Assembly (NCBI GenBank): GCA_050633305.1
Contig: JBOEGF010000002.1
Span: 89,317-153,316 of the forward strand
Length of the DNA stretch: 64,000 bases
Direction of reading: 5' to 3'
Source of the DNA: Nannocystales bacterium
GTDB taxonomy: Bacteria > Myxococcota_A > Polyangia > Nannocystales > Nannocystaceae
Part shown: one piece after another, positions 44,338 through 53,053 of the stretch
How the letters are laid out: each line of letters opens with the position of its first letter
Position numbering within the stretch: position 1 is the stretch's first letter
Translations under genes and position numbers: made by a program
The notes under the pieces: model-generated
The model's input: only the letters and a program-made list of their open reading frames with translations
Told to the model about the DNA's origin: nothing
The model's database searches: none

Positions 44338-44685
44338 ATGCGTATCCTGCCGCTGGTCCTGCTCTCCATCGCTGGGTGCACGATCTCTCGAGCCCCGGCC
44401 GAGCCGGAGTCTGTCGTCGTGACACCCCCGGCCGAGGACGGAACCCGCTACGTCGCCGTACAAGGAGATGGCATGTCGTCGCCGCAGGTCCTGGCGCGGC
44501 AATGGAAACGAGAGGCGAAGAAAGCCTGCGAGGGCGACTACGTGCTCATCAACGATGAGCCAGGGCAAACTCGCCGACGCGGCATGGTCACCGCACGCAT
44601 GCACGAGGGCTTCATCCGCTGCATGATCGAAGACGAAGAGCTGGGCGGCACACCAGAGCAGGCGACGGCAAAGGCCCGGTCCTGA
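44338..44685 (+). CDS. Small lipoprotein (hypothetical)
   Basis: MRILPLVLLSIAGC; EAKKAC...GFIRC. Confidence 0.75.
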   Translation: MRILPLVLLSIAGCTISRAPAEPESVVVTPPAEDGTRYVAVQGDGMSSPQVLARQWKREAKKACEGDYVLINDEPGQTRRRGMVTARMHEGFIRCMIEDEELGGTPEQATAKARS

Positions 44686-44736
44686 TCCGGCGGGAGAAAC
44701 CACTACCCGCCGACCTCTCCACACGGCACCATCGCT

Positions 44737-45201
44737 TTGATGAGGATGTCGTTGGGCTTGATGGGGTTGTTCTTGGCACTGGCCGGATGTGAACAGGTCG
44801 AGCCAGGCGCCTCGGGCACGATCACACTCGATCCAACGATCGACGTCTCCGACGCCCACACTCTGCGAATCACCGCCGTAGAGGACCAGTTCGGTGGAGA
44901 TGCACCACTCGCCGATGCTGTCGTGCCGAGTCGCCGCATTTCGACGGAGGTCGACTTGGACGTGGTGGATTTCCCGCACGACTACACCGTCGGCGGTGGC
45001 ATCGGGGACGCCTCCCCGTTCGAGACCTGGTATGTCGTGGCAAGACTCGTGAACGAGGACGGCGAAGACGCAACCGCGGACGGACTCGAGTTCATCGGCA
45101 CCGCGGACTTTCGCGTTCCCTCTGATTCATGTCGGGGAGATTTCTGCGGAGTCGCGATCGGTATCGATGTGAGAATCGAACCCCGCGCCATCCGCAACTG
45201 A
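44737..45201 (+). CDS. Small lipoprotein (hypothetical)
   Basis: LFLALAGC lipobox; beta-rich body. Confidence 0.7.
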   Translation: MMRMSLGLMGLFLALAGCEQVEPGASGTITLDPTIDVSDAHTLRITAVEDQFGGDAPLADAVVPSRRISTEVDLDVVDFPHDYTVGGGIGDASPFETWYVVARLVNEDGEDATADGLEFIGTADFRVPSDSCRGDFCGVAIGIDVRIEPRAIRN

Positions 45202-46413
45202 TCGGTCCGCCCGGACTGCCCCGCGGTCGAGCCACCACCACATCGCAGCGGCTGGCAGAGCCACGACGAGCACACCGCCGCCGAGCGTCGCACCGCCTTC
45301 CACAAGCAGTGCCACCGTGGCAACGCCAACCGTCATCCCCACGATGCTCCCGACCTGGTCGAGGGCGCTGGTTCGCGCCAAGATCCCGTCGGCGGTTCGG
45401 GTCTGAAACTGCTCGTTCGACACGACCCAGTTCGTGCCCCCACCCACCCCCCACACCAACGCCGCGAGCACCAAGACCAGCGGATTGGTCGCGAACCCGA
45501 CCACGACGGTCCCGGCGAGGCCGATCCAAACCGCGGCTCGCCACAAGCGTACCCGGTCTGCGCCAGCAGAAGCGCGGCGCGCAACGAGGACCGGGCCGAT
45601 GCCGGTGCCGACGCCTCGCGCGGCATGCAGCAAGCCGAAGCCCAGGCCGCCCAGCGCGGCACCTCCAAGAGCATCGGCCTGCAACGCCAACGCGATCCAT
45701 CCCGCCCCGGCGGCCAGTGAGAACGGAGTCTTGGCAAACACAGCCCGCCTCAACACCGGGCGTGGCCACACCACCGACCAAGCGTCGGCGATTCCTCGGA
45801 ACAACTGCGGCGCTCGTGCCTGCGGGGCGTGTTCGGGCGCGATCGGAGGCAAACGTGCGAAGAGCAACGCCGATGCCCCGAAGGTCAGCGCATCGATCGA
45901 CAACGCAAGCACCGGTCCGAGCACGCTGAGCGCTCCACCCGCTGCCATCCCCAACGCAAACACCACACTCCACGACGCAGAGTCGAGCGCGCCGGCCAAC
46001 AACAACTCATCCTTTCGAACCACGCGTGGCAACGCGGCACGCTCCGCCGGGGTCACGAAAGCGACACCCGCGGAGCGAATCCACAACAACAGTTGCAGCA
46101 GCCCGACAGCACCCGTCGCGGCCGCGGCTGCCATCCCGACAGTCACCAAGCCCAATCCCACGCTCGCCGTGCACAGCAGCCAACGCCGGTCGACGCGATC
46201 GGCCACCACGCCTGAAACCGGTGTCAGCATGGCGGCTGGCAAGTGATGCCCGGCGAAGACGATCGCGACGTCCAGCGGTCCTCCACCTTCGTGTAGCGCC
46301 ACCATCGCCACCGCGACCCACCCGATCCAATCGCCGAGCTGCGAAACGATGCTCCCCAACCACAACCTTCGAAAGTTGTGCCGGGTGCGAAGAAGCTCAA
46401 ACGCTGCGGACAT
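45127..46413 (-). CDS. MFS transporter (DHA3-like)
   Basis: NFRRLWLGSIVSQLGDW, GVVADRVDRR motif A, PAERAALPRVV; about 12 TM segments. Confidence 0.92.
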   Translation of the reverse strand: MSAAFELLRTRHNFRRLWLGSIVSQLGDWIGWVAVAMVALHEGGGPLDVAIVFAGHHLPAAMLTPVSGVVADRVDRRWLLCTASVGLGLVTVGMAAAAATGAVGLLQLLLWIRSAGVAFVTPAERAALPRVVRKDELLLAGALDSASWSVVFALGMAAGGALSVLGPVLALSIDALTFGASALLFARLPPIAPEHAPQARAPQLFRGIADAWSVVWPRPVLRRAVFAKTPFSLAAGAGWIALALQADALGGAALGGLGFGLLHAARGVGTGIGPVLVARRASAGADRVRLWRAAVWIGLAGTVVVGFATNPLVLVLAALVWGVGGGTNWVVSNEQFQTRTADGILARTSALDQVGSIVGMTVGVATVALLVEGGATLGGGVLVVALPAAAMWWWLDRGAVRADRSVADGAGFDSHIDTDRDSAEISPT

Positions 46414-46563
46414 GCCACGTTGGTTTGAATCCCCAGCGCCGCCGCGTCGACTCAGACGTCAACGGATTGGAATGTTGTCATCGTGTCGACGACAGCCCTC
46501 CGTCGGCGCGCGTCCACGATACGTTGATACGCCTGCGCAAAGGTCGTGAACGCAACCGTATTT

Positions 46564-48423
46564 TCAGTTCGGCACAGCGTTGGCGAACTCGATCAGTCGG
46601 TCCGCTTGCTCCTCGAGGATTCGCGCGGTGTCAGGGCCCAACGAGTTGGTCTCCTCGTAGTGGTCCCCTTCGGCTTGCTCGAAGTACGGCATGGTGTCCG
46701 CCACGACAAAGTCGTAGGGCGGGATGATGTAGCCCAGCTCGTCGTTGCCCAACCCGATCAACCATGGTCGAGGGGCCTGGGCTGGGGTCAGCCGTTCGAT
46801 GAGGTACGGACCCGCCGGAGCATCGTCGAGGTTGGGCGGCACGGCGTTGTTCTTGCGGATGAGTGTGGCCAGATCGGTATGCAGCGCAGATCCGTCGTAG
46901 CCACCGATCGCGATTTCAGGCAGAAGCTCACCGGGTACCGTCAGCATCCTCAGGGGCCCAAGCTCCAGCAGCAGCATCTCCGTGACGATCCGTTGCGGCG
47001 TGCCCTCGATGAGTTCGTCCCGTTCGATCACCCCGGCGTTGAAGCCAAGGACGTAGAGGGTGTTCTCCACCGGAAGCTCGAACGAGTTGCCCATCACCCG
47101 CAGCTTGGGGTCCGGCAGCTCGCTCGCCGCGTCCAATGCGTCCAGCGCAGCCTCCCCGAGCAACTGCCCGATCGAGTCGGCCTTGTCGAAGGAAGGCGCA
47201 GAGAACGTGTCGCCATCGGGGTTGGTCACTTCGACGCCGAGCGTCGTCATCATGCCTCCGACCGCGCCGTTGATGACGATTGCGGGCCCGCCGACTCCTT
47301 CCCGACCCGGTGCACGGCGCCACTGTGAACCTTGCTCGACCGTCCTCCGCAGGGCGTGCACGAAGTCCGCGGTGAGCAGGGTGTTGAGGCTCCCGAGTGT
47401 CTCTGGGTGGCACGCGTAGTTGACCACGGTCGCGATGGGCTCCGGCCCCTCGCCCACCAGGGACAGGACCGAGACCGTGGGATCGACGACCCATGGATCG
47501 CGGCTGTCGCGAATCAGGTTGGACGCGCCCCCGGGTTGCGTCGCGCTCGCGTCGATGGATCCCGTCCGAATCGCGGTCACGGGCTGCAGCGCCGCGGTGG
47601 CTTCGAGGGTGGCCTCCAAGGCCGCCGCACGCCATTGAGCGCCGTACGCCGAAGAGTCGTAGCCCGACACCAACGGGCCCTCCCCCCACAATCCCATCGT
47701 ATCGGGGCCTTCGTGGTTGTGAAGCGCGTGAACGATCACCGCGTCGACGTCAGCTCCCGCCTCATCGAGGGCCGCACGGAGTCGGGTGACGTCGGGACGA
47801 AAGACACCCACCGTATCGACCGCCAGTACAGCGACCCGAACCTCGCCTTGATCCAAGACCAGCGCCCGTACGTCGATGCCGTCCCCATCTCCGACCAGCC
47901 CCTCGTCCACGCCGCGCACGCCCGTCGCCAGCCGGTTCCCCTGAAACCCCGCGATGAACACTCGGGAAAACTCGCCGTCGCCCTCCCCCTCGTCGGCCCC
48001 AGGATACCCTTCGTCTGCCGGACAGAGCCTGTCGCAACCGCAGTCGAGGAACGTGTCATCCCCGTCGAACACCGCGTTGGCATTCACGTCGACCCACGCC
48101 TCGAAGCATTCAGGGACGATCGAACGGACCGACGCCGCCGCGTATAGAGCCCCCTCGTTGGACGCACATTCCGGCACATCGGTGCTGGGGCAGAGAAGCT
48201 CCGGGGCCTCCACTGGGGCGTCCCCCGTGCTGGCACCACTCGAAGTCTCCCCCGAGGATGCGGCCGCCCCGGTCGTTGAGCTCGAAGTGCCCACGCTCGA
48301 TGTGGCCTCCGACGACCCTGCGCTGCTCGAGGACGAACCGTCGTTCACCGCGGCTGGGCCGCCGTCCCCACTACATCCAACGCCAACGAGCCAAGCCGCC
48401 GCAATCCAACCCCACCGCGTCAT
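46564..48423 (-). CDS. Neutral ceramidase-like hydrolase lipoprotein
   Basis: LVGVGC lipobox; IAGF, VRALVL, HALHNHEGPD, VVNYACHPE, TVPGELLPE, GLGNDELGYI, YEET; upstream part of the track ORF is a shadow. Confidence 0.8.
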   Translation of the reverse strand: MTRWGWIAAAWLVGVGCSGDGGPAAVNDGSSSSSAGSSEATSSVGTSSSTTGAAASSGETSSGASTGDAPVEAPELLCPSTDVPECASNEGALYAAASVRSIVPECFEAWVDVNANAVFDGDDTFLDCGCDRLCPADEGYPGADEGEGDGEFSRVFIAGFQGNRLATGVRGVDEGLVGDGDGIDVRALVLDQGEVRVAVLAVDTVGVFRPDVTRLRAALDEAGADVDAVIVHALHNHEGPDTMGLWGEGPLVSGYDSSAYGAQWRAAALEATLEATAALQPVTAIRTGSIDASATQPGGASNLIRDSRDPWVVDPTVSVLSLVGEGPEPIATVVNYACHPETLGSLNTLLTADFVHALRRTVEQGSQWRRAPGREGVGGPAIVINGAVGGMMTTLGVEVTNPDGDTFSAPSFDKADSIGQLLGEAALDALDAASELPDPKLRVMGNSFELPVENTLYVLGFNAGVIERDELIEGTPQRIVTEMLLLELGPLRMLTVPGELLPEIAIGGYDGSALHTDLATLIRKNNAVPPNLDDAPAGPYLIERLTPAQAPRPWLIGLGNDELGYIIPPYDFVVADTMPYFEQAEGDHYEETNSLGPDTARILEEQADRLIEFANAVPN

Positions 48424-48492
48424 TCCATGCATGTACCAAGAAGCGACGACTCCCGGCTTCCCCAAACCCGAGCCCGCTGCTAGCGTGATCTC

Positions 48493-48921
48493 ATGCGCAG
48501 GGCATGGATCGGATTGGGGTTTGTCGTCGCGAGCGCATCGAGCGGTTGTTACGAAGCTCCGCCGATGAGCGTGGAGGGCAACCTCTCCGTTCAAGGAGAG
48601 GAACTCGGTACGTGGAACCTCGACCCGGGCATCTGTATCGGTGGCTTTCGCCAGGAGATCGACGTGTCGAGCCACGATGGCGAACGATGTGTTCGCTTCG
48701 TCGACGACGAAGAGCTGGGCCCAACGATCGTCGCGTTTACCCCCGGTACGCTCGATGGATTTGTCTTCACCGAAGACGACTGCGACGAGTTCTACGTACG
48801 GCTGGACCGGACGGTTGATCAGAAGGGCCTGCTGTACAACCACGGCGGCGAGATGGTCGTCGACTGCGCGAGCGAGCACGGCACCATCTCCGGTCGTGTT
48901 CAGTTCGACGGCTGCTGGTAG
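48493..48921 (+). CDS. Small lipoprotein (hypothetical)
   Basis: MRRAWIGLGFVVASASSGC; paired Cys, ends FDGCW. Confidence 0.75.
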   Translation: MRRAWIGLGFVVASASSGCYEAPPMSVEGNLSVQGEELGTWNLDPGICIGGFRQEIDVSSHDGERCVRFVDDEELGPTIVAFTPGTLDGFVFTEDDCDEFYVRLDRTVDQKGLLYNHGGEMVVDCASEHGTISGRVQFDGCW

Positions 48922-49009
48922 CCCTCGGTCCAGTCTCCCGCGCTTCTCGGAGGTGCTTTCCCAACTCGGCGCTCGCCTCGGGCGCCACGCCACGGCATGA
49001 TGCGCCCGA

Positions 49010-50002
49010 ATGCTGGCCCTCGCGCTCGCGCTCGCCTCCATGGCGACCGACGTCACCTGGACAGATCGCAGTGGTCAGTGCCCGGCATCGCGTGGCCAGG
49101 CGCCCGTTGACCTTGCCGCGCAGGACTTCGAGGACGCATCCGTCGAGATCGAGGTCGACGCGACAGACGAGGGACTCGCGGCCACCCTGCGCCTCGAGAC
49201 GCCCGACGGCGTCCAGACTCGGACCCTGCAGAGCCCCGCATGTGACACGCTCGTCGAAGCCGCCGTATTGATCACCCGGGCCGCTGCGACAAGCGCGGTC
49301 GTCCCGGAGCCCCCGTCAATACCCGAGCCCGAGCCCGAGTCCGAACCCGAGCCCGAGCTCGAGCTTGATGAGGAGCCCGAGCCCGAGCCTGTAGAACCAC
49401 GCGCGCCCGCGAACGACTCCATCGAGACCCCGCCGCCTGAATCACCCACCAGGGTCGCTAGGACGGCAACAGGAGCCCGTTCGCTGTTTGCGTCGGTGGG
49501 GGCGTTCGGCTTCGGCACCTTTGGGACGACGCCTGGGTTTGGGGGCGGCGGAGGCGTTGCGCTTGGACTCGGCTCGAAGGTTTGGCGCGCCGACGTTTCC
49601 GCTCTGGTTGCGGCGCCCACGACGACGAGCGCCTCGGACACGGGAGCCGGGATTCAAGCCTGGGGATGGGCGGTAGGCGCTCACGGGTGCGGAACGTTCG
49701 ATGTACTTCAAGGTCGGCTCCAGCCCGGGGTCTGCGGTGGGTTGGAGGCGGGCGAGCAGCTCGGCGAGGGCACGGGTACGCTGGTCCAGACCCAGCCCCA
49801 ACGCGGCGCGTGGGTGGCTGCGACCCTCGGCCCCACCCTGCGCGTGTTCGTGGCGCCTGGGCTTGCCCTCGTCCTCGACGTCAACGCCGTGATCTCGGTC
49901 CGACGACCTGGATTCCTGGTTCCCGATGGCCCCTCCCACGAGCCGGAGATCGTCGCCCCCCGGGCCGCGCTCGGGTTCGAGTTGCATCTGCCCCGCCGCT
50001 GA
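49010..50002 (+). CDS. Exported protein with N-terminal domain, Pro/Glu linker and C-terminal outer-membrane beta-barrel
   Basis: QCP...TRTLQSPACDTLVEAAVLI; (EP)n linker; alternating amphipathic strands ending ALGFELH. Confidence 0.7.
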   Translation: MLALALALASMATDVTWTDRSGQCPASRGQAPVDLAAQDFEDASVEIEVDATDEGLAATLRLETPDGVQTRTLQSPACDTLVEAAVLITRAAATSAVVPEPPSIPEPEPESEPEPELELDEEPEPEPVEPRAPANDSIETPPPESPTRVARTATGARSLFASVGAFGFGTFGTTPGFGGGGGVALGLGSKVWRADVSALVAAPTTTSASDTGAGIQAWGWAVGAHGCGTFDVLQGRLQPGVCGGLEAGEQLGEGTGTLVQTQPQRGAWVAATLGPTLRVFVAPGLALVLDVNAVISVRRPGFLVPDGPSHEPEIVAPRAALGFELHLPRR

Positions 50003-50099
50003 AGACCCTGCTGGCGCGCGTTCCTCACGGTCGCGACGATCCCGCAGGCTCGACACATTTTCTTCGACGGAATCCGCGTCCTCGTGGGATGGGTGGAGG

Positions 50100-50651
50100 A
50101 TGACCTCGGGCCCCAGCGCGGTACCTCGCGCGCCTACGACCGCGCAGAACGGGTTCGAGGTCCTGTTCGCCGAACAACACGACTTCGTCCGGCGCAGCGC
50201 CCTCGCGCTCGGCGTGCCTGCGCGATTCGCAGACGACGTGGTCCAGGACGTTTTCCTGGTCGCCCTACGTCGCCTCAGTGACCTTCGGCCGGACGCGAGC
50301 GCCCGGGGCTGGCTCTACGGCATTCTGCGCAACGTCTCGCGCCGGGCCAAAGCCAAGGACGCTCGCCGCCCTCCTCTCCACCTCGCCAAAGACAGTGAAG
50401 CTCCTCCCGATGAAGCCCTCGACTGGCGACGCGCGGCCGGCGTGGTCGAGTCGTTCATGGCAGAGCTCGATGACGAAAAACGAGAGGTCTTCGTTCTTTG
50501 TGAACTCGAGGGGATGACCGCCCCCGAAGCTTCCGCCGCCACTTCGGTCAACCTCAACACCGTCTACTCGCGCCTCCGAACGGTACGCGCGCTCTTTTCC
50601 AAGGCCGTTGCCCGCGAGGAAGCGAAGCGACAGCGAACGAGGACCCGATGA
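50100..50651 (+). CDS. ECF RNA polymerase sigma factor
   Basis: FVRRSALALGVP...DDVVQDVFLVALRRL...RGWLYGI; KREVFVLCELEGMTAPE...NLNTVYSRL. Confidence 0.93.
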   Translation: MTSGPSAVPRAPTTAQNGFEVLFAEQHDFVRRSALALGVPARFADDVVQDVFLVALRRLSDLRPDASARGWLYGILRNVSRRAKAKDARRPPLHLAKDSEAPPDEALDWRRAAGVVESFMAELDDEKREVFVLCELEGMTAPEASAATSVNLNTVYSRLRTVRALFSKAVAREEAKRQRTRTR

Positions 50652-51358
50652 CTGCCGACCCGCGCCACGACTACCTCGCCGCCTATCGTCGCAGCGTCGA
50701 ATCGCCGTCCGGCGCCCTCGATGCCAACCTGCAGGCCGTTCTCGAACGCGCCGGCCATGGAAGTGGAGTCGAGGCAACACCGAAGCGCTGGGCCGCGAGT
50801 GTCCTGGTCGTCAAGTTTGCGACGGCCGCCCTCGTCACGACTGGACTTGGGTGGGGGGCTGTCTCCATGCTCACCGATGACGCGCCTCCAACCACAGCGC
50901 GGGCGGTCGCCCCTGCGGAACCAGACGCCCCGAAGGCCCCGGCACCGCGGCCTGCCTCACGCTCCGTCCCCGCTGCGCCCCCGCCTGCTCCGGCCCTGGC
51001 TTCATCCGAGCCAGCACAACCACCGGCGACCGCCCGTCCATCTACGCCCCGAGTTCGCACCTCGGCACCCACTCCTGAGTCCCAAGGCGCCGCCGATCGC
51101 CTGCGCGAAGAACTCGCGCTCCTCGAGCGCGCCCAGAAACACCTTCGAGCTGGAAACATCGCGGCTGCCAATCGTGCGCTGCAAGACCACGCCCGACGAT
51201 TCCCGCAAGGAACGCTCTCCATCGAACGTTCAGCCTGGACCGCGATCGCAGCGTGCTCGGGTACTGGACCGCAACCCAAAGCTGCCGCGCGCTCGTTCGT
51301 CCTGACCTATAAGGACACGCCTCTCAGCGCCAAGGTCAAGACGGAGTGCAGCCTGTGA
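50648..51358 (+). CDS. Single-pass membrane anti-sigma-like protein with C-terminal TPR-like domain
   Basis: ATGA-coupled; one TM segment, Pro/Ala linker, LREELALLERAQKHL...HARRFPQGTLSIER. Confidence 0.8.
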   Translation: MTADPRHDYLAAYRRSVESPSGALDANLQAVLERAGHGSGVEATPKRWAASVLVVKFATAALVTTGLGWGAVSMLTDDAPPTTARAVAPAEPDAPKAPAPRPASRSVPAAPPPAPALASSEPAQPPATARPSTPRVRTSAPTPESQGAADRLREELALLERAQKHLRAGNIAAANRALQDHARRFPQGTLSIERSAWTAIAACSGTGPQPKAAARSFVLTYKDTPLSAKVKTECSL

Positions 51359-51411
51359 TGGTTTTCGTTCCACGGGTCGACGGATTTCGGGGCGTCGTCG
51401 GATAGGTGAGT

Positions 51412-52935
51412 ATGAAGACGCCGCAACACGCCGCTTTCACCTTGCTCGCACTCTCGTTGCTCTGTGCTTGCCCGGCCGATGTCGAGGAGGTTGGACAGCT
51501 CCCCAGCGGAACCGAGTCGAGCAGCGGCACGGGAGACTCCCCCGGTTCCACCGTGGGTGGGGAGAGTGAAGAAGGAAGCTCCGAGAGCACCTCTGGCGAC
51601 ACCGAAGACGGGGGTGAGACGGGCGCGCCGCTGGACTGCTCGCAGGGCGGTTACGGCTGTTGCTCCGACGCGGATGCGGATGGAGTGCCGAGCGACACCG
51701 ACCTCGACCCCTCGGTCCCCAACCCGCTGCAGCTCGATACAGACAAGGACGGCATCCCGGATAAGACCGACTATTGCCCGTTCGTCTTCGACGAAAGCGG
51801 CAGCAACACCGCCGACTCGGACCGCGATGGCATCGGAAACGCCTGCGACCTGTGCCCCGATCCAGTTTCGACCTACCACCTCGAGGGCGCAGCGATCCCC
51901 GACTACATGCAGGTCCGCCAGTTCCCGCTCGCGGGGGACTTCGACGGGGACGGAGTCGGTGATGCCTGCGACAACTGCCCAACGGTCGCCAACTGCGACG
52001 AGTCTGGACCCTGCCAGGAGGACGCGGACTCCGACGGGGTCGGTGATGCCTGCGATCCCGACTTGGGCGGCGATGCGAGCTCCGGCTTCGGCGACGAAGA
52101 CGACTACGACGGCGACGGGCTGCTCAACGCCGTCGACGCATGCCCCCGTGCTCCTCTGGATGAAGCGCTGCGTACCACCTGCGCCGGGCCGGACGACTGT
52201 CCAGAGTCGCGCAGCTGTAGCCCGACTGGCCTTTGCAACCATATCGACGAAGACAACGACGGCATCGGGAACATCTGTGACACCTGCGCTTTCCAGCCCA
52301 ACCCGTCACAGGCCATAGAAGGCGGCGTCCAGGACGACGATCCCGACGGCGACGGGGTCGGCGAAGCCTGCGAACTCGGTGCTGACCAGGGATGCGGGGA
52401 TAGGGCCAACGCAGCCCGGATTGCCTACCATCCTGTCTCCGCGAGTGATTTGTGCTGCACCGTCGAACTGTTCGAGACCCAGGGCGGGCAGCTTGTGCGC
52501 AGCGATGGGTGCGACCTCGACGAACCGGAGAGCTGCGTCGGGCTGCAGGCCCCCCACCCCGGACAACCCGGAACGTTCATCCCGGTGATGGCGTCCACCT
52601 CCTGCACAGCCGAACAACAGGCGGCATTCGAGTGCGCGGTGCTCCCGCTCTCTCTCGAGACGACCCCTGGCGTCCTCATTCCACCCCCGGGCTGTCCCTC
52701 GGCCTTGACCGACGCAGGCGTCACCCTTGAGGAGAACCTCGAGCGTGGAACGGAGGAGGGCAACACCGCGTGCCGTCGCCCTCAACTCGACAGCGACTTC
52801 GACGGTATCGGTGACGCGTGTGACCCCTGCCCCCTGGCCTGGGACCCCAGCAACGAGCCGTACCTCGACAGCAACGGAACGCTGTGGGAAGGCGAAGGCG
52901 CCGCGTGCAACGGCGACTATGCGGAGTGCGTGTAG
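51412..52935 (+). CDS. Thrombospondin type 3 repeat lipoprotein
   Basis: LLCAC lipobox; many DxDxDGxGDACDxC repeats (DSDRDGIGNACDLCP, DFDGDGVGDACDNCP, DSDFDGIGDACDPCP). Confidence 0.9.
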   Translation: MKTPQHAAFTLLALSLLCACPADVEEVGQLPSGTESSSGTGDSPGSTVGGESEEGSSESTSGDTEDGGETGAPLDCSQGGYGCCSDADADGVPSDTDLDPSVPNPLQLDTDKDGIPDKTDYCPFVFDESGSNTADSDRDGIGNACDLCPDPVSTYHLEGAAIPDYMQVRQFPLAGDFDGDGVGDACDNCPTVANCDESGPCQEDADSDGVGDACDPDLGGDASSGFGDEDDYDGDGLLNAVDACPRAPLDEALRTTCAGPDDCPESRSCSPTGLCNHIDEDNDGIGNICDTCAFQPNPSQAIEGGVQDDDPDGDGVGEACELGADQGCGDRANAARIAYHPVSASDLCCTVELFETQGGQLVRSDGCDLDEPESCVGLQAPHPGQPGTFIPVMASTSCTAEQQAAFECAVLPLSLETTPGVLIPPPGCPSALTDAGVTLEENLERGTEEGNTACRRPQLDSDFDGIGDACDPCPLAWDPSNEPYLDSNGTLWEGEGAACNGDYAECV

Positions 52936-53053
52936 GCGGCGAGAGCCTTAGGGTGCCGTTGGCCGGTGCTCGGCAGGAGACGACCCCCCTGCTGCTGTAC
53001 GTCGAGCTCGGGCGCATCGCGGGTGGCTGGTCGTCTTTGACCGGCCACCTGCT

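Noticed and set aside
48424..49056. N-terminal extension of the 830-aa track ORF
   Set aside because: Overlaps the plus-strand lipoprotein 48493..48921; the signal peptide begins at 48423.
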